A stretch of 48,422 nucleotides of DNA from a virus (IMGVR_UViG_3300032233_001776:1-48422), one strand, 5' to 3'. Shown: positions 1-8,648, numbered from the stretch's first letter. The notes: generated by a model from the sequence alone, not told the origin. Program-made: numbers and translations.

Positions 1-180
1 ACGATTAGAGCAGAGCAGATTATGAAAGCATACGAAGCAGAAGATACTTACAACTTTCCAAAAGATGGAGTTGTTGCTGTAATTCGTGAAGTTGCTGATA
101 GGTTATGCACGGATTTGGGGGAGTTGCAGTGCCCGATTGAAGTATTGCGTGAAATTGCTGATGAAGTGGAGGCATTATGA
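1..180 (+). CDS. hypothetical phage protein, 5'-truncated by the window edge
   Basis: Frame is open from base 1 (TIRAEQIMKAYEAEDTYNFPKDG...) to TGA at 178-180. Confidence 0.6.
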   Translation, partial: TIRAEQIMKAYEAEDTYNFPKDGVVAVIREVADRLCTDLGELQCPIEVLREIADEVEAL

Positions 181-187
181 ATAAATA
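180..187 (+). promoter_or_regulatory. T4-type late promoter (AATAAATA)
   Basis: Matches the NATAAATA late consensus, 13 nt upstream of ATG 201. Confidence 0.55.
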
Positions 188-200
188 TCTAAAAAAACTT

Positions 201-380
201 ATGATTAACTTCAAGCAGTTTTTAGAAGAAGCAAAGAAGAAGCAGATTGCCAATATACAAGCAAAGGCAATGGATCCAAAGAAAAAATTGTCTAAAAGTG
301 AGGTAATGGCAGTTCTCAATTCTCAAGGTGGAATTGGAGCAAAAGCAGTTGAGAGAGTACACGGCAAACAAGAACAGTAA
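201..380 (+). CDS. small basic protein, probable internal head protein with capsid-targeting-like N-terminus
   Basis: N-terminus MINFKQFLEEA resembles T4-type internal-protein leaders. Start moved from 177 to 201 because the late promoter lies between them. Confidence 0.55.
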   Translation: MINFKQFLEEAKKKQIANIQAKAMDPKKKLSKSEVMAVLNSQGGIGAKAVERVHGKQEQ

Positions 381-395
381 ACACTGATTTTTATT

Positions 396-653
396 ATGAC
401 TGACGAAGAGTTTCTAAAACAGACCGCAACCAAAGTTGCAAATATTCTTCATATGCCTTTGGGTGATATTGAACCAATAAAACTGATACAAATGGTTGTG
501 TCTTTGGATATTCTTTTGGGTGGTGATAAAGAACTTATGATACACTGGGTGAATACTCATAATACTCATTTGGGATACTGTCCTGGTGCTCACTTGACGG
601 ATGCTCGTATGGATGATACACTAAGGTATCTTGACGCAATGGTGGAGCACTGA
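396..653 (+). CDS. hypothetical protein; C-terminus resembles Xre/MbcA/ParS antitoxin toxin-binding domain
   Basis: Pattern LLGGDKELMIHWVNTHNTHLGYCP...LRYLDAM, similar to the W-x4-N-x2-L-G-x2-P...YL pattern. Confidence 0.45.
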   Translation: MTDEEFLKQTATKVANILHMPLGDIEPIKLIQMVVSLDILLGGDKELMIHWVNTHNTHLGYCPGAHLTDARMDDTLRYLDAMVEH

Positions 654-811
654 TGAATAAGTTTGCCGTCATCCTATCATCTCTTGTGGATGGTGCAACT
701 GTAAGAATACAGTTTCTTGTGAATAGTGAAATGAGTGCTCTGCAATTGAGAACTTATTATCTACTGAAAGGTGGATTTTCTGTGAGTGATGTGGAGGTAT
801 TTGCACTATGA
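653..811 (+). CDS. hypothetical protein (52 aa)
   Basis: MNKFAVILSSLVDGATVRIQF... fills the gap exactly, with TGATG and ATGA overlaps. Confidence 0.65.
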   Translation: MNKFAVILSSLVDGATVRIQFLVNSEMSALQLRTYYLLKGGFSVSDVEVFAL

Positions 812-1161
812 TTTCTAAACCAGTATTCGGCACCAATAAAATTAAAATGAGTTGGATGGAGTATATCTTCACACACCTCATTCCTACTTGGTTTCATTCA
901 TTTAATGCTAACTTTGTGATGTGGAGAGACCTTGTAACCGGAGATTATGAGAAATATACTCTTCTTAGAGATGATGAACCATTTCAAGAGTGTTATGATT
1001 GGTTTTGGACAAGCATAAATCTTGATGAAACTTACTCCAAAGAGTTTCTTGAGTATCTTATGCAAATGGTAGATGATGTAGATACGGGTAGAGAAAAGAC
1101 ATATTCCATAGATGAAGTTTTTGATAGATTGAAAGAAAAGTATGAGAAAGACGATGAGTAA
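808..1161 (+). CDS. hypothetical phage protein
   Basis: ORF track; ATGA coupling to the upstream ORF. Confidence 0.75.
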   Translation: MISKPVFGTNKIKMSWMEYIFTHLIPTWFHSFNANFVMWRDLVTGDYEKYTLLRDDEPFQECYDWFWTSINLDETYSKEFLEYLMQMVDDVDTGREKTYSIDEVFDRLKEKYEKDDE

Positions 1162-1447
1162 CACAATTGATCCTGATACATTAGAAGATTGGTTGGGAGA
1201 ACCATTATCCGAAGAACATAAAAAAGAACTGGAACAACTCAACTTACAAAAACTTGAGATTAAGAAGCAGTTTGATGCTTGGTTTGAGGAGATGGAAGGA
1301 TATTCCTTCCGTTATGAAAGGTTCTGGGATGACTTTGACTATGCAAAGGCTAGCAAAGACAGTCAAAGTATGGTAAAATGGTTACGAACTGCATTTGAAA
1401 TGGGTTATTATGCCTCTGACTCAAAACTTTATGGTGGAACTGAATGA
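1154..1447 (+). CDS. hypothetical phage protein
   Basis: ORF track 1142..1447; second ATG (MSNTIDP) chosen to minimise overlap. Confidence 0.7.
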   Translation: MSNTIDPDTLEDWLGEPLSEEHKKELEQLNLQKLEIKKQFDAWFEEMEGYSFRYERFWDDFDYAKASKDSQSMVKWLRTAFEMGYYASDSKLYGGTE

Positions 1448-1629
1448 CTAAAGACGAAGAATTTCCTTTTGATGAGTTCCCTTGGAAGCTTCTACATAAG
1501 GACGGTAAAGAAACTCGCAAGTGTTACTTTCAAAGTGAAGAACACATGAAGAAACACATTACACGATACAAACTTAACAAAAAAAATTACAAAATTGGAT
1601 ACAAATTTGGAGATCAAAATCATGACTAA
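1444..1629 (+). CDS. hypothetical phage protein
   Basis: ORF track; ATGA overlap. Confidence 0.7.
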   Translation: MTKDEEFPFDEFPWKLLHKDGKETRKCYFQSEEHMKKHITRYKLNKKNYKIGYKFGDQNHD

Positions 1630-2641
1630 AGTTCTTATTACTGGTGGTGCTGGGTTTATTGCTCACCATTTGATTGGACAAATTCTTTCAACCACTGACT
1701 GGGAAATTATTACACTTGATCGTTTAGATTATAGTGGCAATCTCAATCGTCTTCATGACTTGATGCTTTCATTTGATGTTGATGTTCGTAAACGAGTTAA
1801 AGTTGTTCATCATGATTTGAAAGCAGAGATGAACCCACTTGTTTGTTCTGAAGTTGGACAAGTGGATTATATTCTACACCTTGCTGCTGGTTCTCATGTG
1901 GATCGTAGTATTGACTATCCAATGGAATTTGTGATGGATAATGTTGTGGGAACCTGCAACATTCTTGAGTTTGCCCGTAAGCAAACTGATTTGAAACGAT
2001 TCATTTATTTCAGCACAGATGAAGTATTCGGTCCTGCTCCTGATGGTATCAAGTATAAGGAAAATGATCGTTACAACAGTACCAATCCTTATAGTGCAAC
2101 TAAGGCAGGTGGAGAAGAACTTGCAGTAGCATATCAGAATACTTATGGTATGCCTGTATACATCACGCACACCATGAATGTATTTGGCGAGCGTCAGCAT
2201 CCTGAGAAATACATTCCAATGTGTATCAAACGCATTCGTGATGGTGAAACTGTGACGATTCATAGTGATAGTACTCGTACCATTCCTGGTTCAAGGCATT
2301 ATATTCATGCTGAAGATGTTGCCTCTGCTGTATTATTCCTAGTGGATAAGACATTTATTGAAACTACCTATGGTGGTGCTAAGTGTCCTAAGTTTAACAT
2401 CGTTGGTTCGGAAGAACTGAACAATCTTGAACTTGCACAGATTATTGCTGATGCACAAGGAAAAGAACTCAAGTATGATCTTGTAGATTTTCATTCCTCA
2501 CGTCCTGGACATGACTTGCGTTATGCTCTGGATGGTGATAAAATGAGAGAACTGGGATGGGAACCTGCTAAATCTGTGCGGGAACGCATTGCAGAAGTGA
2601 CTAACTGGACTCTTGAAAACAATCGATGGATTACTCTGTGA
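1622..2641 (+). CDS. rmlB: dTDP-glucose 4,6-dehydratase (NAD-dependent epimerase/dehydratase, extended SDR)
   Basis: VLITGGAGFI Rossmann motif, HLAAGSHVDRSI, STDEVFG, catalytic NPYSATKA, QHPEKYIP and RPGHDLRYALD. Confidence 0.9.
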   Translation: MTKVLITGGAGFIAHHLIGQILSTTDWEIITLDRLDYSGNLNRLHDLMLSFDVDVRKRVKVVHHDLKAEMNPLVCSEVGQVDYILHLAAGSHVDRSIDYPMEFVMDNVVGTCNILEFARKQTDLKRFIYFSTDEVFGPAPDGIKYKENDRYNSTNPYSATKAGGEELAVAYQNTYGMPVYITHTMNVFGERQHPEKYIPMCIKRIRDGETVTIHSDSTRTIPGSRHYIHAEDVASAVLFLVDKTFIETTYGGAKCPKFNIVGSEELNNLELAQIIADAQGKELKYDLVDFHSSRPGHDLRYALDGDKMRELGWEPAKSVRERIAEVTNWTLENNRWITL

Positions 2642-2847
2642 AAGAACTAATTGATGATGCATTCTATGTTGAGGAATCTACTTGGAAAACTTGGAGGAGT
2701 TATGATAAGGATGGGAAACCACTTGTTGCATCTCTCACATCCGAAGCTTGTGTTGCAGCAACAAGATATTATCTCAAACTCAAACAAGAAGGAAGCCTAA
2801 ATGATATAGGAGTTTCGTATTCATCAGTTGTAGATGGAAAACTTTAA
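2626..2847 (+). CDS. hypothetical phage protein
   Basis: ORF track; the start could be GTG 2638. Confidence 0.7.
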   Translation: MDYSVKELIDDAFYVEESTWKTWRSYDKDGKPLVASLTSEACVAATRYYLKLKQEGSLNDIGVSYSSVVDGKL

Positions 2848-3046
2848 AGCCGGAGATCAAGTAAGATATCTTGGTTCCACAGAAGAACAGGTTAGATGGG
2901 GAAGCAATGATAACCCCAAAGGATTATTGTTTGAGGGTGACATCTATTATGTTGAAAGAGTAGAGATACACTCTTGGCACACAAAGTTATATCTTCGTGG
3001 AATTAGAGGGGGTAAATTCAATAGTGTTTGTTTTGAAAAAGTATGA
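2834..3046 (+). CDS. hypothetical protein (SH3/KOW-like small beta protein)
   Basis: FKAGDQVRY N-terminus and beta-rich pattern. Confidence 0.65.
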   Translation: MENFKAGDQVRYLGSTEEQVRWGSNDNPKGLLFEGDIYYVERVEIHSWHTKLYLRGIRGGKFNSVCFEKV

Positions 3047-3180
3047 GCGACACTGACCCTACATCACCTTGGTATGAGTTTCTATCATACTGTAGGTGCT
3101 GTGATAGTTTATGCAGACCGATCAAAATTGGTGGCTTTATGAGATACCAAGCATACCTTCGTGAAATAGGAGTAATCTAA
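3043..3180 (+). CDS. hypothetical protein (45 aa, Cys cluster)
   Basis: MSDTDPTSPWYEFLSYCRCCDSLC... fills the gap, with ATGA and TAATG overlaps. Confidence 0.65.
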   Translation: MSDTDPTSPWYEFLSYCRCCDSLCRPIKIGGFMRYQAYLREIGVI

Positions 3181-3449
3181 TGTTTAAATGGATGAATAAA
3201 TTTTTAAAACGATATGAAATTCCTGAAACTTTTGATCTTTTAGTTACTGATGTTGATGGAAACAAACATTCTCTTGTTGGACTTTGTGCTTCACTTGCAA
3301 AAGAAGTTGTGAGATTGGAAGATCGTATCACAAAACTGGAAGAAGAAAACGTTTCTACAACAAATGAACTTTACAGACTTGAAAATAGTCTTGATGCACG
3401 TATAGACATTCTTATGGATAAAACATTATGGAAGACAGTCTTAGAGTAG
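3180..3449 (+). CDS. hypothetical coiled-coil protein
   Basis: ORF track; heptad-like VVRLEDRITKLEEEN. Confidence 0.7.
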   Translation: MFKWMNKFLKRYEIPETFDLLVTDVDGNKHSLVGLCASLAKEVVRLEDRITKLEEENVSTTNELYRLENSLDARIDILMDKTLWKTVLE

Positions 3450-3592
3450 TAGATAGTCCTGAAGGGGGCTTGGTGGTGGAATGGCATCCTGATGATCCAA
3501 GATACAAGTATCTGGATGGGTTGACAGAGGAACAGATTAATGCTATCCTAAAGGAATCAATTCTCAGAGCTATTGAGGAAAAAAATGACTGA
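3428..3592 (+). CDS. hypothetical protein (54 aa)
   Basis: MEDSLRVVDSPEGGLVVEWHPDDPRYKYLDGL... fills the gap. Confidence 0.65.
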   Translation: MEDSLRVVDSPEGGLVVEWHPDDPRYKYLDGLTEEQINAILKESILRAIEEKND

Positions 3593-4199
3593 CTACAAGA
3601 AATACTCCCTCGGACAAGTTGAGAACTTTCTGTACGATGCTATGAGTACAGATGCAACACCACAAGAAATCTATGATGTAATTAAAGGTGTAGTTCAGGA
3701 CAACTATTATACCTACAAAGTACAGACAGAAAAGGCATATGAACTTCTTGCTCTTCTGAATGGTAATGGTGTGGGGCATCTAACTTGTGATAAAGACGAT
3801 TCTTCACCAGAATGTAAGAAATCTTGGACTGATTTTTGGGAAGAACATTATTGTCCAGAAGAAGGATTGCAATACACTGATGAAGAACTGGATGCAATGT
3901 GTGCTGCTACAACTTCGGCAAAAAAAGGTAAAGTAAATAAATGGGTTCTTCCTGTTGAACCAGATCTAAGTGGTGAATACTTTATCACTTTCCCCGATGA
4001 TTTGTTGGAAGCAATAGATCTTAAAGAAGGTAATCAAGTTGAGTGGATTGATCAAGGTGATGGATCTTATTTGTTAAAAAAAGTAAAAGAACCATCTTGG
4101 GTAAAAGGTAATGAACTTGCAAAAGTTAAAACCTATGGAGAAATGATTGAAGATGGTTGGGCTATGACTGATGATGGATTTTGGATTAAGGAGAATTAA
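3585..4199 (+). CDS. multi-domain protein containing an AbrB/MazE/SpoVT-like DNA-binding domain
   Basis: GEYFITFPDDLLEAIDLKEGNQVEWIDQGDGSYLLKKV fits the swapped-hairpin pattern. ATG 3585 preferred over TTG 3573. Confidence 0.65.
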   Translation: MTDYKKYSLGQVENFLYDAMSTDATPQEIYDVIKGVVQDNYYTYKVQTEKAYELLALLNGNGVGHLTCDKDDSSPECKKSWTDFWEEHYCPEEGLQYTDEELDAMCAATTSAKKGKVNKWVLPVEPDLSGEYFITFPDDLLEAIDLKEGNQVEWIDQGDGSYLLKKVKEPSWVKGNELAKVKTYGEMIEDGWAMTDDGFWIKEN

Positions 4200-4200
4200 A

Positions 4201-4425
4201 ATGGCACTCGGAACACAAGTAGAAGAATCGCTCAAAGAAGCAGAGGCAAGTCTAAGAAATGCATTGTCTTATGCAGCAAGAACTGAACGACCTATGGTTT
4301 GTAGTGTAATTGCTGATTTGATTCATCGCATTGAATCTGTAATGAGTACTGATTCTCTGTTGGATAAACTTGAATCACGCAAGCCTGGAAGCAGTGGTAA
4401 TTTTGGAGCATTTTTCAATGATTGA
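4201..4425 (+). CDS. hypothetical phage protein
   Basis: ORF track 4171..4425; ATG 4201 follows an AAGGAG SD. Confidence 0.75.
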   Translation: MALGTQVEESLKEAEASLRNALSYAARTERPMVCSVIADLIHRIESVMSTDSLLDKLESRKPGSSGNFGAFFND

Positions 4426-4876
4426 TAACAATCACGCAAGCGGGCCTGCATCTGGATATATTGAACCCAAACCCAAAGGAACCGAAGGAGTATCTGCACT
4501 TACTATGGATCAAGAAGAAGCATACAAACCACAAGTTGATAAAGCATTTAAAAAATGGTGGGATTCTGATGCCTGTAAAGAAATGCAAAAAGAGCATGAA
4601 GAATCAGTTCAAAAAGCAATAGGAAAGTATTATATGCTCTCCTCACAAGATAAGTACGATATGGTGCAGGCAATCTGCCACATTATGTGTAAAGCAGAAA
4701 AGGATGGAACCAGTCATCGTGGCTTGATGGATACTCTTGGCATCTATCCCGAAGGTTTCTGGGTTACTGAACTTATGGATGTACATAATGCGTTGTGGAC
4801 TGAATTTCAGAAACGTAAAAATGATGAAGAGTTAAACCGAGAAATCAAAGCATTACAAGATTTTACTGAAACCTGA
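4418..4876 (+). CDS. hypothetical phage protein
   Basis: ORF track 4370..4876; first ATG is at 4418. Confidence 0.7.
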   Translation: MIDNNHASGPASGYIEPKPKGTEGVSALTMDQEEAYKPQVDKAFKKWWDSDACKEMQKEHEESVQKAIGKYYMLSSQDKYDMVQAICHIMCKAEKDGTSHRGLMDTLGIYPEGFWVTELMDVHNALWTEFQKRKNDEELNREIKALQDFTET

Positions 4877-4946
4877 AGACATCATTAAGTTTCTACATAA
4901 TAATGGAGATAAGTGTTAGAATCAACACAATCGCACTTGAGGAACT

Positions 4947-5144
4947 ATGACTCTATCCAGAACAGGTACAGAATACCTCACAGAGGAAGAATGGAATGAG
5001 TTAAATGCCCTCCGAAAAGCAATTAATTACGATCCACGCACAGTTTCACCAGAAAAAATGGAGAAATTCACCGAACTTATGGTAAGATCTCTTGAAGGTA
5101 AGGGTGATCCTGTATCGGTACAAACAAAACCGAGCAATTATTAA
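4947..5144 (+). CDS. hypothetical phage protein
   Basis: ORF track; GAGG SD upstream. Confidence 0.7.
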   Translation: MTLSRTGTEYLTEEEWNELNALRKAINYDPRTVSPEKMEKFTELMVRSLEGKGDPVSVQTKPSNY

Positions 5145-5152
5145 AATAAATA
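5145..5152 (+). promoter_or_regulatory. T4-type late promoter upstream of cp12
   Basis: AATAAATA in the intergenic gap before ATG 5175. Confidence 0.65.
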
Positions 5153-5174
5153 TTACAACATTTTAGCAAGACCT

Positions 5175-5387
5175 ATGGATACCATAGATCAACACATTCA
5201 AAAAGACGTTGAGATCTTAAATGATCCTACATCATCCCCACAGTCAAGAAGACATACGCAAGAAGAACTTGTAGCACTGGAATCATATAAAGCAAATCAT
5301 CCTGAAGATTCGCATGATCCAACTCCATTTGAGCTTTACTGCCACCTAAATCCTGGAGCACGAGAGTGCCGAATTTATGAGGATTGA
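5175..5387 (+). CDS. cp12: CP12 Calvin-cycle inhibitor (cyanophage auxiliary metabolic gene)
   Basis: 70 aa; central RRHTQEELVAL and C-terminal FELYCHLNPGARECRIYED (CP12 Cys pair). Confidence 0.88.
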   Translation: MDTIDQHIQKDVEILNDPTSSPQSRRHTQEELVALESYKANHPEDSHDPTPFELYCHLNPGARECRIYED

Positions 5388-5446
5388 GGACAGTTTAAAA
5401 GCTGGCACACTGAGCCCTCCACAGGAGGGTTTTTTCATGCTATAAT
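5386..5446 (+). promoter_or_regulatory. early promoter cassette: 24-bp palindrome, hairpin and extended -10
   Basis: GAGGACAGTT-TAAA-AGCTGGCACA (5386-5409), hairpin CCCTCC-ACA-GGAGGG with T-run, then TGC-TATAAT (5441-5446). Confidence 0.75.
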
Positions 5447-5470
5447 TACAGAGTACTTCACCAACCACCT

Positions 5471-6133
5471 GTGAAAACCACCACTCTTTCTGTTGACATT
5501 CGTGACTATTTTAACGATGGTAAAATCGTTAAATCAATTCTCAAAGAATTGAATCAAGAGATTGCTTACTGTCCTATTCTCCGCAACCTGAAGCGAGAAC
5601 TTGCTAAAAAAGTCATTGACACAACAAGCATCAAATTCTCTGATCTTAATTCAGAAGATCGCAATGAAGTGTTTGTTTATCTTGGAAGGATTCTTGAATC
5701 TGTTTTGACTTGTGTTCTTGCAGATAAGTTTAACGTAAAGAAAGATCGTACATCTTCTGGAGATGTTACAATTGAAGATATTATTTGGGAAATTAAGGGA
5801 ACCAGCAGCAACAATGGTTGGACTGGATCTACTCATGCTTCCAAAAAAGAAATTGGATCTCTTCATTTCATGGGTGTTAAATACAAAATTAATGAGGATG
5901 CCGATGTCTTTGAGATTCTTTCTGGAAACTCAAGCTTGATTGATGAAATCTTTATTGGAGTATTTGAAAACCTCAACTTTATCCGTCGTGGTTTTGCTGA
6001 TGGTTCTAATTCCCGCACTTCACTTAAGATTTCTGTAGATGATTATGAAACAGTAAAAGAGCAAGTTGCATGGGGCAACTTTCGTCTTCCTCAGCGTAAT
6101 GGTAAGTACCTTCAATTTGAAACAGCAGCATGA
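5471..6133 (+). CDS. putative PD-(D/E)xK endonuclease, candidate type II restriction enzyme
   Basis: GRILE helix followed by SGDVTIEDIIWEIKGT (D-x7-E-x-K). ATGA-coupled to the DNA methyltransferase. Confidence 0.55.
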   Translation: MKTTTLSVDIRDYFNDGKIVKSILKELNQEIAYCPILRNLKRELAKKVIDTTSIKFSDLNSEDRNEVFVYLGRILESVLTCVLADKFNVKKDRTSSGDVTIEDIIWEIKGTSSNNGWTGSTHASKKEIGSLHFMGVKYKINEDADVFEILSGNSSLIDEIFIGVFENLNFIRRGFADGSNSRTSLKISVDDYETVKEQVAWGNFRLPQRNGKYLQFETAA

Positions 6134-6981
6134 ACCAAGTTATCTTCAACAATTGTATTGATGGAATGAAGTCCCTGGAGGATGAAGTGATCGATCTTTG
6201 CGTCACTTCTCCTCCTTATGATGATCTTCGTTCTTACAATGATAGTTCTTCCTGGAATTTTGATACATTCAAAGGAGTTGCAGAGCAGCTTCACCGTGTC
6301 ATGAAAGTTGGTGGAGTAATCGTATGGGTTGTTGGAGATGCTGTAATCAAAGGAGGGGAAACTGGTAGTAGCTTTCGTCAGGCACTTCATTTCATGGATC
6401 TTGGTTTCATTCTTCATGACACCATGATCTATGAAAAGAATGGGAGTCCATTTCCTGCCCGTAGAGATGGGAATCGTTATTCTCAAGTTTTTGAGTACAT
6501 GTTTGTATTGTCTAAGAAAACTAAACCAAAGACAGCAAATCTTCTGTGCGATAAGGCAAATCGTTGGGCAGGATACACTCACTTTGGTAAGGGAACAATA
6601 CGTCAAAAAGATGGAAAACTTGTTGAACGTAACATCAAACCCATTCCACAATTCAGTCCACGTAATAATATCTGGAAGTATAATACAGGAAAGAACTATT
6701 CATCAAGAGATGAAGCAGCATTTGAGCATCCTGCTATCTTCCCAGAAACTCTTGCAAAGGATCATATTTTGACATGGAGTAATGAGAATGATTTAGTTCT
6801 TGATCCTTTTATGGGTTCTGGTACAACTGCTGTGTGCTGTGTTGAAACTAATCGTAAATACATTGGCTACGAAGTTGATAAAGAATACTATGATGTGTGC
6901 TGTCGCAGAATCCGTCAGCATGTGACACCTGAGGGAGTGGCACAACAGGCTCCCAATGCCCTTACGGATGCCTTATACTAA
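6130..6981 (+). CDS. DNA methyltransferase, N4-cytosine/N6-adenine beta class
   Basis: Catalytic VTSPPY near the N-terminus, then HPAIFP, then SAM-binding VLDPFMGSGTT near the C-terminus (beta order). Confidence 0.92.
   Translation: MNQVIFNNCIDGMKSLEDEVIDLCVTSPPYDDLRSYNDSSSWNFDTFKGVAEQLHRVMKVGGVIVWVVGDAVIKGGETGSSFRQALHFMDLGFILHDTMIYEKNGSPFPARRDGNRYSQVFEYMFVLSKKTKPKTANLLCDKANRWAGYTHFGKGTIRQKDGKLVERNIKPIPQFSPRNNIWKYNTGKNYSSRDEAAFEHPAIFPETLAKDHILTWSNENDLVLDPFMGSGTTAVCCVETNRKYIGYEVDKEYYDVCCRRIRQHVTPEGVAQQAPNALTDALY
6921..6979 (+). promoter_or_regulatory. early promoter cassette embedded in the MTase 3' end
   Basis: TGTGACACCT-GAGG-GAGTGGCACA (6921-6944) with TATACT at 6974-6979. Confidence 0.6.
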
Positions 6982-7007
6982 GAGAGTTCCACCAAACCGA
7001 ATGCATT

Positions 7008-7145
7008 ATGATTCGCCTTAAGTATCACTTCAAAGAATATCCGAAGTCTACGCTTTCGGTGTTTCTCAAAACGCAAGTACAGATTGATGCATTCAAAAAG
7101 AAGCATCAAGATTACGTCTATCTCTCTGAGGAAAAACTCCAGTGA
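7008..7145 (+). CDS. hypothetical protein (45 aa, basic)
   Basis: MIRLKYHFKEYPKSTLSVFLK... follows the promoter; GTGA overlap with the next ORF. Confidence 0.65.
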   Translation: MIRLKYHFKEYPKSTLSVFLKTQVQIDAFKKKHQDYVYLSEEKLQ

Positions 7146-7534
7146 AAAGGGCATTCATTCTTTCGGTATGTTCGGCACTGATGATTCCAGCAATTCCAGT
7201 GTCTATCAAGGCACAACAAGTGTATGTCTATCAAGTTTGCAAAACATATCAAGAGAGTTACAATCCTGGATACTATGATCAGTACGGTAACTATGTTCGG
7301 GGTTCTGTGAACACTAATGTTTACAATAGTCAGTGTGGTGGTAACGGTGGTTATCGCAATGCAGCACCCGTCCAGCAGGTTCAGCAACGCCCCTGTGCAG
7401 CAGCAACCATAGGATCGGCTGCCGGTGGCTATGCAGCCTATCGTAGAACCGGCAGAGTGGCGGATCGTTGGTGGAGCATACCACTAGGTGTTGGACTTGG
7501 TAACATGCTCGGTAATTCTCTCTGTAACTCATGA
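7142..7534 (+). CDS. exported or membrane-associated protein with signal peptide and glycine-zipper-like C-terminus
   Basis: MKRAFILSVCSALMIPAIPVSIKA signal-like start; IGSAAGGYAA...IPLGVGLGNMLG. Confidence 0.7.
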   Translation: MKRAFILSVCSALMIPAIPVSIKAQQVYVYQVCKTYQESYNPGYYDQYGNYVRGSVNTNVYNSQCGGNGGYRNAAPVQQVQQRPCAAATIGSAAGGYAAYRRTGRVADRWWSIPLGVGLGNMLGNSLCNS

Positions 7535-7662
7535 CTGCAACTCACAAACTCATTTTCATTCTATCCTTCGTCAACTTTCTTCACTGGGGCACATGTATTA
7601 CCTATCGATTGCTCACCCTAAACATCACGACCTCGCCTGGGATGTCTGTGATTGGTTTCTGA
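7531..7662 (+). CDS. small hydrophobic hypothetical protein (43 aa)
   Basis: MTATHKLIFILSFVNFLHWG...; ATGA overlap upstream, but overlaps the next ORF by 70 nt. Confidence 0.4.
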   Translation: MTATHKLIFILSFVNFLHWGTCITYRLLTLNITTSPGMSVIGF

Positions 7663-7919
7663 GTCGTTATCTACCAAATCACGAGTTAGATCTTTCTATT
7701 TTAGGAAAATCACTCAAATCTGAAGGTGTTGTTGGATGGATGCTAGCACTGGATGAAGATGAGTATGAAATTGAGATTGAACGCACTCTCAAGAAGAATG
7801 AGTTCATTACCACACTACTACATGAACTGTATCATGTACTTCAGTACACGAAAGGTTATCAGTGTGAGGATGAGGCTTATCGAATGGAGAAAGTTCTTAC
7901 GAAACTCTATCTTGAATAA
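7593..7919 (+). CDS. putative zinc metallopeptidase-like protein (HExxH)
   Basis: TTLLHELYHVLQY with downstream CEDEAY. ATG 7593 lies within ORF-track 7488..7919. Confidence 0.7.
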   Translation: MYYLSIAHPKHHDLAWDVCDWFLSRYLPNHELDLSILGKSLKSEGVVGWMLALDEDEYEIEIERTLKKNEFITTLLHELYHVLQYTKGYQCEDEAYRMEKVLTKLYLE

Positions 7920-7959
7920 ATGTGCTATACTATTCACTACAAACAAACCAAAACTTATT

Positions 7960-8097
7960 ATGCACGATTCTACTCTTGACTTGTTTTGCGATCACGGTGA
8001 TGATGAACGTTGTGCCGATGAGTTTGCAATGGAGATTGAAATGAAAGCAGCCATGCTTGAAGTGACGGTTGATTATTATATGATGGAGTTTATGTAA
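7960..8097 (+). CDS. small acidic hypothetical protein (45 aa)
   Basis: MHDSTLDLFCDHG...VTVDYYMMEFM, preceded by extended -10 TGCTATACT (7923-7931) and an A/C-rich leader. Confidence 0.7.
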   Translation: MHDSTLDLFCDHGDDERCADEFAMEIEMKAAMLEVTVDYYMMEFM

Positions 8098-8312
8098 TGA
8101 ATCTCTACATCATTAACGAAATTCTGTACGATTACACTTCTGGTATGGTAGTCATTGCCGCCGAATCTAAGGAACAATGCCGTGAATTCTTTATTGAAAA
8201 GTTTGTTAATTTTGGTGCCGAAGATTTCGATCATGAATCTACCAAGTTCACTGTGATTGAAGGTGTGAATCATCCTGCTGGTATTATTGACTATGTGTAT
8301 GGTGGTAGTTGA
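8097..8312 (+). CDS. hypothetical phage protein
   Basis: ORF track; TAATG overlap. Confidence 0.75.
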   Translation: MNLYIINEILYDYTSGMVVIAAESKEQCREFFIEKFVNFGAEDFDHESTKFTVIEGVNHPAGIIDYVYGGS

Positions 8313-8313
8313 A

Positions 8314-8481
8314 ATGGAACAACTGACTCTTTATGATGAAGTAAACATGGATGGTAAAGATTGTGAGGCATGTGGTAAGGGAACATACCAAATTGCCGAT
8401 GTGTGTGATGAATTTCAGGGCACAAGGCACTGTAACAAATGCGGACACTGGGTTGAGGTATGGAGAGAGGTTTGGAAATGA
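8314..8481 (+). CDS. small zinc-ribbon protein
   Basis: CEAC...CNKC; ATG at 8314. Confidence 0.7.
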   Translation: MEQLTLYDEVNMDGKDCEACGKGTYQIADVCDEFQGTRHCNKCGHWVEVWREVWK

Positions 8482-8648
8482 ATCAAAGAACTAAACTGCT
8501 TCTTGCATTATCACAAGTCGAAGGTATTAGTAAACTGATGAAGGATAATGAGTACGAACACTACATTATCACATTACTCAATCCAGTACAAGCCGAACTA
8601 CAACGCCAGTTGACAAATCAAACAAAATCCATTAAAATAAAGGAGTAA
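8478..8648 (+). CDS. hypothetical phage protein
   Basis: ORF track 8460..8648; ATGA overlap at 8478. Confidence 0.7.
   Translation: MNQRTKLLLALSQVEGISKLMKDNEYEHYIITLLNPVQAELQRQLTNQTKSIKIKE
8610..8638 (+). promoter_or_regulatory. sigma70-type promoter
   Basis: TTGACA-17 nt-TAAAAT upstream of ATG 8662. Confidence 0.75.
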
